Origin: Octopus vulgaris
Taxonomy: Eukaryota
Reading direction: 5' to 3'
NCBI GenBank assembly: GCA_951406725.2
Contig: OX597831.1
Location: forward strand, 35,030,001-35,094,000
DNA: 64,000 nucleotides
Positions 26,865 to 40,717 of the stretch are shown in pieces. Made by a program: the position numbers and the translations under genes. The notes under the pieces were generated by a model. It saw nothing but the letters and a program-made list of their open reading frames with translations, had not been told where the DNA came from and ran no database searches. Position 1 is the stretch's first letter; each line of letters starts with the position of its first letter.

Positions 26865-27055
26865 CTTGAGAAGTACATAGAACAAATAGGGACTGCAACA
26901 AGGGTGGAACACTTGCAGATAACAGCACTGCTTGTAACTGCTCGAATACTCCAGAAGGTGCTTGAAAAATAAAGGGTGTTACCTGAGTTCACTGATAGTG
27001 AACAGCTGACACCATAGTACATCTCTAATGGTAGAAGCTGTGCGAAGGCAATGAA
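26865..27055 (+). mobile_element. R4/Dong-clade LINE 3' end
   Basis: LQITALLVTARILQKVL* resembles the LQKTALLGTARILRKVL C-terminus; flanked by (AAT/AAC)n. Confidence 0.7.
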
Positions 27056-27739
27056 ATAATAATTCTTTTTACTGTAGGCATAAGGCCTGAAATTTGGTGG
27101 GCGGGGATAGTTGATGACATCAACCCCAGTTTTCAAATGGTACTTATTTTATTAACACTGAAAGGATGAAGGCAAAGTTGACCTTGGAAGAATTTGAACT
27201 CAGAATGTAAAAATGGACAGAATACAAATAAGCATTTTGTCTGGCAAGCCGTAAGGCTTAATTCCTAACACGCCAGCTGAATTCAATTCGTCTCCAGTCG
27301 GAAGATGCCTGTTGTGATGTCCTGCTCTTATTATTATTGTTGTTTTTTTTGTATTATTTTTGTATTTATATTCGTGTAATATCGTCCATTTTTCCATCCT
27401 TGTTTCGTATACATTCGAAGCTTTTTTTCCAAAGAATCTAATGCTCTTAGCTTAGGTTTTCCTTGGGGCTGGCCAGATTGGAGCAATCTCAAGATTAATC
27501 AGCCGAAATTGCGAGGATGATCCAGTTCTTGACTGAAGATTAAAGGCTTCAAATTACCCATCCATGTTTTTTGTATCATCTTCTGGATGTTTTACGTTCT
27601 TGTCCCATTTTGTATTTTTTTATATATAATGATAATATACTATTGCCAACAGGGTTGAGGAAAAAAAAATTAGGACAACACAAAGACAACATTCAGCAGA
27701 GGTTTACATAAACATGTATAGACAATAAAAACCAACAAC

Positions 27740-28104
27740 AACAAGAGCATTCAGAGAGCGCAAATCTCTACCAAGGCAACACCAATGACCTCTCAACAAT
27801 TAAATGATTTTTAAAATGAGAATATCTGAAATAAACTCGACTGTTCTCACAAATGAGAATACTAAAAATGAACCTGACTGTTCTCAAAAATTAAGTAAAA
27901 AAAAGAATGTAAAATAATCCAGAATCCTTGTTTGGTACTGAATTGATCTCAAAATTTGATCAGTTTGTGCCAGTCACGAGGCCAAACATCCCTGAAAGTT
28001 TCACCCGAATCCATCCAGGAGTTCTTGAGATATCTTGTCCATGGACAAACAAACAAACATGACTGAAAACAATACCTTCGCCTTCACTAAGGCAGAGGTA
28101 ATAA
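27740..28104 (-). mobile_element. Helentron-associated non-autonomous element (HINE/DINE-like)
   Basis: 5' TTATTACCTCTGCC, (GTTT)n microsatellite, subterminal inverted repeat and 3' hairpin GCGCTCTCTGAATGCTC. Confidence 0.65.
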
Positions 28105-30436
28105 ACAAGAAAATTGCCAGCAGCAACCAAGGAACACCAAAGATCCTTGGTCACTCTGATCACCAGTCACCTTGCTCATTCATTTCCTTCATTCTACAGG
28201 TGCCAGCTAAGAGTTGGCCCACTCACTCAAGCCATTCTTGTCATATTCACCTACCTATCAATAAATTCACTAGGAGGCACACCTCCCTCTCAACCCTTTT
28301 TCAAATGGAATTTTAAAAAGTTGACGAGGGCATAGCTGAAGAGGAAAGTATCTCTCTTTATTTCTTTCATTCTCATCCTCCACATGACCTCTTTCACCAT
28401 AGCCAGCAGACAGAGGAAAACTGCTGGCTTCCTAGCCAAAAGAGGATGGTATCATAATCATTTCACAATGAAGTTGACCAATAGCTGGATCTATTCTAAC
28501 TTGTGAAAGCAGCTTTACATCATAACTCCACAAGTCAACAATGCTCAAGCTCTGTACAAGCACATGCAGGACAGGTTTGCCATTCAGCATGCATGTCAGC
28601 TTATGCCACTGCCATATCTGAAGAGTTTATCCCAAACTGGCAACGCTCACTGGTGGCACTGCCAGGCTAGAGATTTCTCGAAATTATCTAATGTCCTGCA
28701 AAAAAAAAAAAAAAAATGTCTATTATCGTCAATGCTAAGAGTTTCATTAAGGATGCCATAACTCTTGACCACCAGTAATCCTTACAGATGTCTTTGTGGA
28801 ACATGAAGCAACTGCATTGCCTGACAAACGGAGGTATATGAGCATCTGATAACACCCCAGATGCTAGATAAACAGTTTTGACATATGCTTGAACCAGGAC
28901 TGCAGCTCTGTAAAAGAGACAAGCTTCAGAAAGTGTGTCTATCTAGGAGGGACACATCTGTTCAGTGAAGGGATTGCTGGAGATGTTGTAGCCTCAGTGG
29001 ATGTCTGTGCTATCACTAACCATGGCATGCCCAGTATTCCGTGCAATGGATGTTGATAGCAAATGAACCACCTTGCTAGCAGAACATGTTCTTTCCAGAG
29101 TAAGTAAAAAAGCAAGTGCTCCAGTCTGGTCAGCCATAGAGCAGAGCAAAGCATGTTAGTCAAGCAGTTGTAAATAATGGAAGTGATTTAGGCATTCACT
29201 ACATCTGACAATCATTCAGGGACAGCTTCCTTTCAGTCTATTTCTGGGTGAGTCTGGCTGCTCATCACCTCACCCCAATTCTTGTCCACCTGGAAAACAG
29301 GTGAAATCAGACTCCCAACAATTTAACTGGTCCACTCAACCAAATATCCATGATACTATCAAGCTGTATGAATCTGTCTCTCCAGATGCCAGGCTGCGGG
29401 ATCACCAACTTTTCCTGATTATGATTCTTGTGCAAATCAACTTCATTGTTATCATCATCATCATCATCATCAATATTCCCACCACTACCATCACCACCCT
29501 CAATACCTTCACCAACATCAATACCACCACCAATCATCACCATCACAAACAACAGCACTCACCAAACACAAATGTAAACAGCGTCACTATCACCATCATC
29601 ATCACCAACACAAAGATCTCACCACCATTGACAACACCATATCATCATTATCATTGTCGTCATCATCATCACCACTATCATCACTGCGCTTACCATTATC
29701 AAGACTATGAATATCATCCCCCAACACTACCATTACAACCAGTGCCCACCACCACCACCATCTATAACACCATCATGACTTTGACAACATTCCATTTGAC
29801 GTATTAACAAAAGAAAGTTCGTGCCTTGAAGCCAACATATTGTTATTTATATTTCATAAAATAGACATGCGTGTTGTTGCATGTCTAAGAGTCATGACAA
29901 AACTTTAAGAAAATTTAAATACAAACTAACATACATACATATATGCCAACTTACATACATACATACATACATATATGTGTGTGTATACACAGATATACAT
30001 ATCATCATTATCGTTTAACCTCTGTTTTCCATGCTAGCATGGGTTGGACGGTTCGACCAGGGTCTGGGAAGCCAAGAGGCTGCACCAGGCTCCAGTTTGA
30101 TCTGGCAGTGTTTCTACAGCTGGATGCCTTTCCTATTGCCAACCACTCCGTGAGTGTAGTGGGTGCTTTTTATGTGCCACCGGCACAGGTGCCAGGGTAG
30201 GCTAGCAACAGCCACGATTGGTTGGTGCTAAAGAGAATTATAGTTATGTACACACACATATTTTAAAATATATATACTTATATCTAAATAGATCATTTAC
30301 ACACACATATTTTTTTTTTTTTTTTTTTTTTGTACTTGTTTCAGTCATTTGAGTGCGGCCATGCTGGAGCACCGCCTTATATAATATATATGTTAATATA
30401 TTTTCTTATAACATCTAAGTTATATATATAGACATA

Positions 30437-31391
<955 letters not shown>

Positions 31392-31489
31392 GTGTGTGTG
31401 TGTGCATGTGTGTATGTGTGTGTGTGTGTGTGTGTGTATGTGTGTGTGCATGCATGCATGTGTGTGTGAACTCTTGTGGGATGAAAGAC

Positions 31490-31690
31490 AATTTCTTGTA
31501 TTTGCCCTTCAACTTCTTCCAAAGTTTTATACAGTAAACTTGTTCCTTTAACCTATGCCAAAGAAAAAAGTTACAGGATGTTAAGTTGGGACTCCTGGCT
31601 GGCCACTCATGTGGACCACGACAACTTATCCATTTCTCAAGGAACTGGACATTCAGCCATTCATGAACAAGCACAATACGGTTAGAAGCT
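31490..31690 (-). pseudogene. Tc1/mariner (DD41D-like) transposase fragment
   Basis: WISCRGPHEWPARSPNLTSCNFFLW..LKEQVY motif. Confidence 0.7.
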
Positions 31691-31699
31691 CCAATACAA

Positions 31700-32345
31700 A
31701 CATTTCAGTGTTTCAGGGTCAATCTGAGGACATGTACTGAGAATGGTAAAAATCAAACATCCAGTCAACCTCATGGTGTTTGGAGTAATCACTAGTGATG
31801 GCGATGTTATGCCTCCATTCATCTTCCCACATGGCCTCAGACTCAACAGAGTGGCTTATATCAAGTGCCTGGAGGTGGTGGTGTTGCCCTGGATCAAGAG
31901 TGTGGCTGCTGGAAGACCCTATATCTGGTAACAGGACTGCACTATGCCACTCAAGCAGGAGAACCCAGTCATGGCTGTCAGACAATTTCTGTGACCACAT
32001 CACCCCTAATATCTGGCCACGTAACTCCCCAGACTGCAACCCCCTTGATTATTGTGTGGGACACAGTTGAGCAAGAGACCAACAAAACTCCATGTAACAC
32101 CAAAGATGAACTGAAGGCAAGGATTATAGCAGTGTTCACAGACTTAAACAAGGACACCATCCAGAAGAGTTGCAGGAGATGCTGAAGTCATCTGGAAGCT
32201 GTGGTTGAAGCCAATGGCAATTTTATTGAATAAATTTACTCTTTAATATTTCAAGATATTTTTATATAATTTTGGTTAATATATCTGTTAAAATGAGATG
32301 TCAGTGTTATTTTGATTCTTGCTTAATTTAGACGACAATATATTC
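31700..32345 (+). pseudogene. maT/DD37D transposase 3' fragment
   Basis: MVFGVITSDG...QD-x37-D (WPRNSPDCNPLD), with frameshifts and a stop. Confidence 0.8.
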
Positions 32346-32349
32346 ACCT

Positions 32350-32385
<36 letters not shown>

Positions 32386-32458
32386 AGTGTGTGTGTGTGT
32401 GTATACAAAACGTATACTTATACATATATATTATATATATATACATATATATATATAC

Positions 32459-32525
<67 letters not shown>

Positions 32526-32595
32526 GAAATTCGGGGTGAGTACTTGATAATTATAAGCACCTGTGTATACCGTTTGGTGGTGTAGGTGGTGGAGT

Positions 32596-32984
32596 AAATC
32601 CTCTCATTCACGTACGACATAATGCGGCAGCAGCATAGAATTGAAGCGTCCATCTCTTTCTTCTCTCAATGTAGAATGATGAAACTTGACACACACATAG
32701 CCCAATGTCATAATTCAAAACTAACGCAGCGAAAATTTTGAACAGTTCCCCCAGTTCTGAAAAAAATCGATAAATTCGACATTGGCTCGAGAATCTAAGC
32801 TTTTTATATGCAACACATTTTCTGTCTAGGGGACACAACTCGACCATTTTATCGCCCAAAGGGACAGCTAGGAACATCGTATACACAGAAGTATTCGTGC
32901 TCATTCTACATTGAGAGAAGAAAGAGATGGACGCTTCAATTCTATGCTGCTGCCGCATTATGTCGTACGTGAATGAGAGGATTT
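32596..32984. mobile_element. Young MITE with perfect 84-bp inverted arms
   Basis: 32596-32679 is the exact reverse complement of 32901-32984. Confidence 0.9.
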
Positions 32985-33040
32985 GCATCCCCAACCAAGA
33001 ATTTTTTATGTAACACATGTCCTTGTGGAAGCTGTTGTGC

Positions 33041-33118
33041 GCGGCTGAAGAAGGCCACAGACATACATTATGCATTGTTATAAATCTGTCTAATAAAGGC
33101 CCGAAACATATGTACCGC
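33041..33118 (+). ncRNA. Type I hammerhead ribozyme motif, canonical core
   Basis: GCGG-CTGAAGA-aGGCC...GGCCc-GAAA-C-ATAT-G-TA-CCGC. Confidence 0.8.
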
Positions 33119-33160
33119 TGAATCCTTCGCATCATGTTTTTATTTTATTTTGATCAATTT

Positions 33161-33290
<130 letters not shown>

Positions 33291-33307
33291 TATACATATA
33301 TATATAC

Positions 33308-33387
<80 letters not shown>

Positions 33388-34283
33388 TTACATCAACAAA
33401 TACTTTAACATATATATATATATATACATACATATCTTAACACACACGTACACACGTGTATATGTTAATATAGTAGATGGAGCCTGGAGAAGGAGGAGAT
33501 GCAAGAAGACATGGAATGAGGTTGTGAAGGCTGATTTAAGTTGAGCCTCACAGAAATAACGAAGAACCCAGATGTTTGGTAACATGCAGTGCTAGAAAAG
33601 TCTGAAGTCTTGAAAGCATAATATGTATGCATACAGCTGAATTAGTGGAAATATCTCTCTGCATATAACTAGGGCCTTCATCCAGTGTCCCTTTCAAGTC
33701 TACAACTGCTGCTTCACTCTCATTTAATCTTTTCTTTTCACTTCCTCCCCACCCACACAACTATGTCCCTCTTTCAAGCACCTTCTATTGACATTCATCA
33801 TGCTTTCTTACCATCATCCCCAACACTCCTTATATTTACAATCATTTTACCATTGTCTGCCCTTGCCCTTGTTTTATCCATCTCGCTCACTCCCCACACT
33901 CTAGCAACCTTTAATCCCACCTCCCACTATCACCCATCCTTCCATCACTCTCCACACTACTGTTATTATTCTACTGATGTAAATATTTAAATGGGAACCT
34001 GTTACTACAAACCATACCACATCCCAATTTCTGTACTGCTAAACTTCACTTTCTCTTCTCTGAGCAATTCCTAACTGACATCTGTCTATCATTCCTATCA
34101 TCTTCTCCTCCCACACCCACCCATTTACCTGTGACCACCACCACCACCCTTTGTTTAGGTCCATCTCTCACTCATCCTCCACGTTTTTGGGAAATTACGC
34201 ACCCACCTGCTGCCATGCTCTCATCTATTCACCTTCAAGGACATGTTACCTTGAGGATATGTTCTGGCACTGCATCACCACCA

Positions 34284-34350
<67 letters not shown>

Positions 34351-35199
34351 GTCTTATACCCCTCCAACCACTCCCACTCAGCCATATAAAATGTGAGGTT
34401 GTCCTGATCCCCTCTTAAAACAAACTTTTTTTTTTACTTCTGTCAATATGCTTTAATTTCTCAACACCTTGTATAAAGCGACCACTCCATCTCCTATTCC
34501 TCCTCTCAAGTGGGGCAGCTGTTTAGTAATATAAGGAAACCTCACTTCTACTGGTGCCACAAGAAAAAAACATCCCAATATACAGAGTAAAGTGGTTGGC
34601 AATAGAAAGGATATTCAGCTTTAAAAACCACGACGAAATTGAGACTCTGGAACAAAGATGTGGCCCTCCAACGTATTATCATCCACTGACAAGATCCAGC
34701 CCACACCAGCATAGAAAGAAGACATAGAAATGATGAGGATGATGAATATACATATGCATATATTATATATACATATGTATAAACCATTACACACACACAC
34801 ACGCACATATATATATGTAAGTATACGAACATATATCCTATGTGTACACATACACACACATTTACAGATGTCTACATAAATACACACACACGTATGGGCG
34901 TGAAACGTAGGGTAACCCCATAGACCAGCCATAACTATATTTTCCTAAATAACAAAGGAAAAAAGTCAAATTATATTTACTCCATTTAATTAAAGCTTTA
35001 ATAATTTCTTTATAGTTTTAAGTAATAAAACCTTTACATAGAATTTTCTTGTATGGAATTTACAAATTTCAAATGTTAAAAATATACAGAATGGTTAAAT
35101 ATACATAATTAAATGTTCATCATTATATACATATATTACTTTTTATGTCCAATTAAGGTAAAAACAATTTAATATTAAGCTGAAGAACTACTCATTACA

Positions 35200-36300
35200 T
35201 TTTGTCGAGAACATATTATAAGGGAGGTGACAGTGGCTTCGAAGTTTCGGTCTGCTAGCCTACATCGAGCAGTCTGACACAGACTAGCAAGCCGAAACTT
35301 GGAAGTCACTGGCACACCTCTGTTGGTAAAAGAATGAAAAAGTATTGATATGTTCCTCTGAAAATTAAATTACCTTTGAAACTGAGAAATGATGCATCTT
35401 AGGCGAATTAAACCCTAATTATAAGAGAAAACATCAAACCCCATAATTCTGCAAAATGGCCAAACATTACTCTTGCAGGTTAATTGATTCCCAAATAATT
35501 TTCGGCCTTGCTTCTAGGGGAGGTCACTCTTATTTCTTAGTTGTCTTTCCATAAATTACTTTTGTTACCTCCCTTTGTTATAAAATTTATATCGCGATTT
35601 TCGGAGGAGCAAGCAATTTTTCTTGAAATAGGTTCCAAAGAATTCTTATATTCCGCGAAGAAAAATTTTTGTATTTCGGATTCGATAATGTGACTTTCAA
35701 GAGAATTTAATAAATATCTTTTTATGGCACAAATATTATTTTAAAAATAGTAATTAGGATCAAATTACTTAACTTTAAGTTGCTTATAAAGTCTTTATTG
35801 TTAATTTCTAGAATAATTGAATGCGTTTTTCGCCATCAGCATACAAAACTACCACAGAACTACATTTTGGGGAAATAATTGAGTGAGAAGTTGAAAACTT
35901 CAACTGGTCGGATGAAATTTAACAAGATCCGTTATATATATATATATATGTTGTTATATGTTTAATTTTTTTTCTTGCTGCAATAATTCTTGTTTTCATT
36001 TAATGTTTTACAAAAATTAAGGTGGAAGGCGTCGTACCTAAAATATAGGCATGGATGCTGTGATATTCGGAAAATAGTATGATAGGATTCGTGCTTGTAC
36101 AGCTTTAAGAACCGCTACCGAAAGGTAATATGTTCGTGTCTCATGGTTACCACCGCTGGTTTATCTGTAGGAAAAGGAACATAATTTTCATTTTCTTTTT
36201 CTCTTACCGTTAAACGCATGCTAAGCTTGTCATTGTATCTTATGAAGAGAAAGAAATATACTGAATGTGAAATTTCGGTGGAGAAATTATGTTTGCTTAT
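35200..36300. promoter_or_regulatory. CpG-enriched unique region, candidate (bidirectional) promoter
   Basis: CpG visibly more frequent than in the flanks; divergent candidate donors at 35374 (-) and 36124 (+); lies upstream of the minus-strand exons. Confidence 0.4.
35224..35320. repeat. Head-to-head palindrome of two degenerate HHR-like motifs
   Basis: GTTTCGGTCTGCTAGCCT / AGACTAGCAAGCCGAAAC arms; homologous to 39874-39920. Confidence 0.55.
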
Positions 36301-36832
36301 AACTTTTTTTCATTTTATAATCATATTTCTTCTACAATCCATTTTAATTATTCCTGTTATGTATTCTTTTGGTTCGTGTTGGGATAATAAACAACTCGCT
36401 GAAGGCATTGTTATGATTCTACCTGTTTATTTATTTGGCATGTTTACAAACTGTATTTGTATAGTGGAGTGATACACACAGTGCGTATCCGCCTTAGACA
36501 CAGTTCATACTGTTTGCTAGATGCGCTTAACAAAATGGTACTAATAGTGGGGATGTATTCATATATACGTATACCTACGTATACACATAGTTATGAACGT
36601 GTAACATCTCTTCTTGAAAAAAAAAAGGATCTTTTTGCAATGAAAAAATTAGAAGTAATCTCCCTTGCACTAATGGATTGTGAGCGCAAGGGTGGCAATC
36701 CTGCAGCAGAAACAGTGAGATTATTCTGCCCACACACGTGATTATCTGCTTTCTAATCTAGCAGAAATAGTTATATTTTTTTCTTTTTCTTTTTTTTCTT
36801 TAACGGTATCGAATCGGTGGTAAAATGTTCGA

Positions 36833-37186
36833 TCGGAAATTTCCAGGAAGTCCATATTCTCGGAACTTTCTCCACCCGCGGAACTTTCCAGGATGTCCCC
36901 ATCCTTGGAACTTTCCAGAAAGTCTTCATACTCGGAAATTTCCAAGGAGTCCTATCCTCGGAAATTTCCGGGAAGTCTTCGGAACTTTCCAGGAAAGCCC
37001 ATCCACCGAACTTTCCAGGAAGTTATCGGAACTTTCCAGGAAGTTCCCACCCCCGTAACGTTCCCTGAAGTCATCGGAACTTTCCAGGAAGTTTCCATCC
37101 TCGGAACATTCCAAGAAGTCCATATCCTCGGAATTTTCCATTAAGTCCCCATCGTTGGAACTTTCCAAGAAATCCTCGGAACTATT
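36833..37186 (+). repeat. Array of ~14 TCGGAACTTTCCAGGAA motifs (~26-bp period)
   Basis: Direct inspection. Confidence 0.9.
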
Positions 37187-37680
37187 CATACGTGATGAAT
37201 ATCCAATACCAAACTATTTTAATCTACGTATTGAAACTGCATTAAACTTTGGCAAGCTTACCTTTACCTATTCTGAGTTACTTGAAAGGCGATGTCTCCT
37301 TCTCTCTCTGTTTGTTGATACCTTTTTTTTTTACCTTTAATACCGTTTTTTTCATTTTAAGGATGATTCTTTACCCATCCATTATGATATTTCGACTGCT
37401 GTCCATTTGCTTCAAATAGGTTTTAGCATTGTCATTCTAGCCTTTTTTTAAACACTCACATATGATTCATCCCAAAGAATCAACCTTTAAATAAGAGTTT
37501 TGCTTCCACTAGTGAAAGCTATACGTATCTTTCATGAAGCTCCATACCAATTTAACTTTATGCAGCATTTGCTGTTTGTTTAAGTGCACGCTATGTGGGA
37601 AGATAGAATAAAGGGGCTTTTGTTAGTTTTTCTCTCCGAAAAAGTAACTCCCTTTGCTGTTGAAAAAAATAAACTCACAG

Positions 37681-38045
37681 AGGGGAAGTTTCCTGGAAAG
37701 TTCCGAAGAGGGGGACGTAACGGGTTGGAGCGGGTCTTCCTGGAAAGTTCCGATGAGGGGGAATTCCTGGAAACTTCAGAGGAGTTGAGGCAAAGGGTAG
37801 GAGGGTACTTTCTGGAAAGTTCCGAGGAGTGGAGATGAAGGTGAAGAAGGGGACTTCCTGGAAAATTCCAGCGAGGTGGAGGTAAAGTGTAGGAGGGGAC
37901 TACCTAGAAATTTCCGAAGAGGGGAGGTGAAGGAGAGTAAGAGGAGAGGGAATTCTTGGAAAGGTCCGAGGAGGGGAAGTGAAGGGTAGGAAGGAGATGT
38001 GAGGGATTTCCTGGAAAGTTCCGAGGAGGGGGAGGTGAAGGGGAG
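37681..38045 (-). repeat. Array of ~8 inverted TCGGAACTTTCCAGGAA motifs with purine-rich spacers
   Basis: Repeated TTCCTGGAAAGTTCCGA on the + strand. Confidence 0.9.
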
Positions 38046-38989
38046 GCAGGCCAGTTATTTAGATCGACCCCAGTACATAACTGATATTTATTTGTCGACC
38101 CCGAAGATATGAAAGACAAAGTTGACCTGAGCAGAACTTGATCTCAGAACGTAAAGACAGAAGGTCATAATATACAAACGTTTCTGATGGCAGCAGTTTA
38201 CAGATACTTAGATTTTTTAATATTTCCATGAAGTTTTCATGGGTCTGACTAGTTTTTATTATTATGTTTGTGTTGCTTTTGTGATATTTTCCTTAGATCT
38301 TTGCAATTGTTAGCATTTCAACATTGCTGCTACTGCTACTGCTACTGCTGCTGCTGCTGCTGCCACTGCTTCTACTATTTCTACTATTGCAACATAAAAA
38401 TGTACATATATACATACTTTAATGAGTGTATAAAGAGCAAAAGTGTATTTACAATACTTATTATATTAAGGATGGGTTTACAACCGCACCCTCTAACTTT
38501 AATATTATATCCATATTTTTCAAACAGTTTTGAGATTTTTCTTTTAAGCATCAGAAGATCAGAATCTCAACAAAAAACAAACAACAAAAAACATAAAGAA
38601 ATTTTCTTTTTAAATCTGAAATTGATTTATGGTAAAGGGATTAGAGTTAATCTGCATTTTGTTATTATTTTTCTTTTTAATATGTGTGCGTTTACGAATA
38701 TGAAAAATACTTTTTTTTTTTTGCTTTTCTAAATAAATATAATTTGTTTCTATTCCAAATGTATAAAATATCTTTTATTTATTATCTTTTACTTGCTTCT
38801 GTCATTAGGCTGTGGCCATGCTGGAACACTGCCTTGAAGAATTTATATTTTTTTTAGTCGGATAAATCGACTCCGGTACTTTTTTTTTTCTTTAACCTGC
38901 TAATTATTCTTTCGGGTTCTTTTGCCGAAGGTTACAGGAATGTAAACTCACCAACACCGGGTATCAAGGAATCATGGAGAATAAACACA

Positions 38990-39083
<94 letters not shown>

Positions 39084-39087
39084 CACA

Positions 39088-39172
<85 letters not shown>

Positions 39173-39544
39173 TATTTTTTGCATTTATTATTACATTTTC
39201 AGCTTTAATAAATTGAAACATCAGCATTTTCAATTTTCAGAAAGTTAAATAGTATGTATGCATATATATATATATGTTTGTGTGAGTGTGTGTGTGTGTG
39301 TGTGTGTATTTAAGGTTAACTGAATTAGAGGTTAAAATAACTGTCTAAGGGATAGAAGTATCCGTTATACTACTGGTATATTACATATGTTTAACCATGG
39401 GCATATATATGCAAGAATATTATGCTCATAAATTATAGGTAAAGACAAGGATATACATGGGTTTATGAAGAATCAAAATTTAAAGAAGACAAATATTTCT
39501 CCCTTGTCTGTCTTCTTTACATTTATATATATATTTGTTTTTAT

Positions 39545-39775
39545 TTACATTATTTACATTTGATGGATATTTGTCCTCATCTTGTTTGTTGTTAACACAA
39601 CGTTTTGGCTGAGATACCCTCCAGCCTTCATCAGTGCCTTGGGGAAATTTTGAACTTGGCTTCTCATCCCTAAGGTATATCAGCCGCAATGTATTAACAA
39701 CAAAGAAGATGAGGACAAATATCTGTCAAATGTAAATAATGTACATAATTCCTCATCTCTTAAATATAGAACTGT
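39545..39775 (-). mobile_element. Penelope-like terminal fragment with inverted repeat and degenerate HHR
   Basis: Inverted arms about 39546-39598 / 39690-39743; CTGATGA-A-GGCTG...CAGCC-AAAA-CGTT at 39599-39637 (-). Confidence 0.65.
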
Positions 39776-40717
39776 AATATTTGTTTTTATTTTCAGTTAC
39801 AATAAAAACAATTTCACATTAATCTGAAGGGTTAGTAAAGCACAAATTTATTATTTTTTAACAAGAATAAAACTGACAGTGTCTTCAAAGTTTTGATCAG
39901 CTAACCCATCATCAGACTGTGATGCCTTTCAGTTAATCTTGTCTTTATATAGTCTATGTTGGGATAAAACTTTTATTGCATATGCAGGGTTTCAGTTGAA
40001 TGGTAATTAGGTTGTAAGGTTATGATAGAGAGGGGCTGTGGAGAAATTTTGATTTATTAAATTAGGAGTCATGTTATCTTTCAGAATTTATTCATGCATG
40101 TAGAATTTTGTAAACAGTTGTGTATATTTAGGTGTGACAGTTTCAGGTCATGGGATTGTTTTTTGGTGATTCACAAAAAATAATAAAATAAAGGGATTGT
40201 TTTTGTTCAACGGATGTGTCACAAGTTGTATTCATTTTTGGTTTTATTAGATTTAATCTTTTGACAAAATAAAGGTCAAAAGTTCAAAGTATGGTCCAGC
40301 ATTTAAAAATTTGTAAGTAATTAATGTAAGTTTTTGTAATGGAATTTTTAAGGGTTCACCAAAAAATGTAAGTAGCTGGTATGTTTTAGCTGAACAGTAA
40401 GTCACTTTACTTGTTAATAATGTTATTTAGGGTGAAATATTTGTATTTGAAGGGTGAAGGCTATTAGTGGAGTGCATCATTGTGCTGTTATCATAGAAAT
40501 GTGTTTATCTTGTACTTTTGATGTTCACAAAATGATGTAGGTTGGTGTTAAGGTTGTTGGTCAGCATATTTCTCTCTACAGAACCATTGTTTCAAAAGCA
40601 ATTTAATAAATATGTAAAAATTTTAACTTCTGTGTTTTATGGAGGCCCAAGTTTGTGGACTATGTGTTCATAAATATTTCCTCAATTCTGTTTCAAAAGT
40701 AGGTATTTTATAATATA

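Noticed and set aside
28105-29330. Higher-GC unique-looking stretch
   Set aside because: Stops in all frames inspected; probably an old unclassified transposon, and no call can be supported.
36833-38045. CRISPR-like repeat-spacer appearance
   Set aside because: Eukaryotic context; the repeats are degenerate, the spacers short and mutually related, and there are no cas genes.
39950-40710. Possible Penelope GIY-YIG/RT remnant upstream of the HHR-like motif at 39874-39920
   Set aside because: Too degraded to identify diagnostic motifs by eye.
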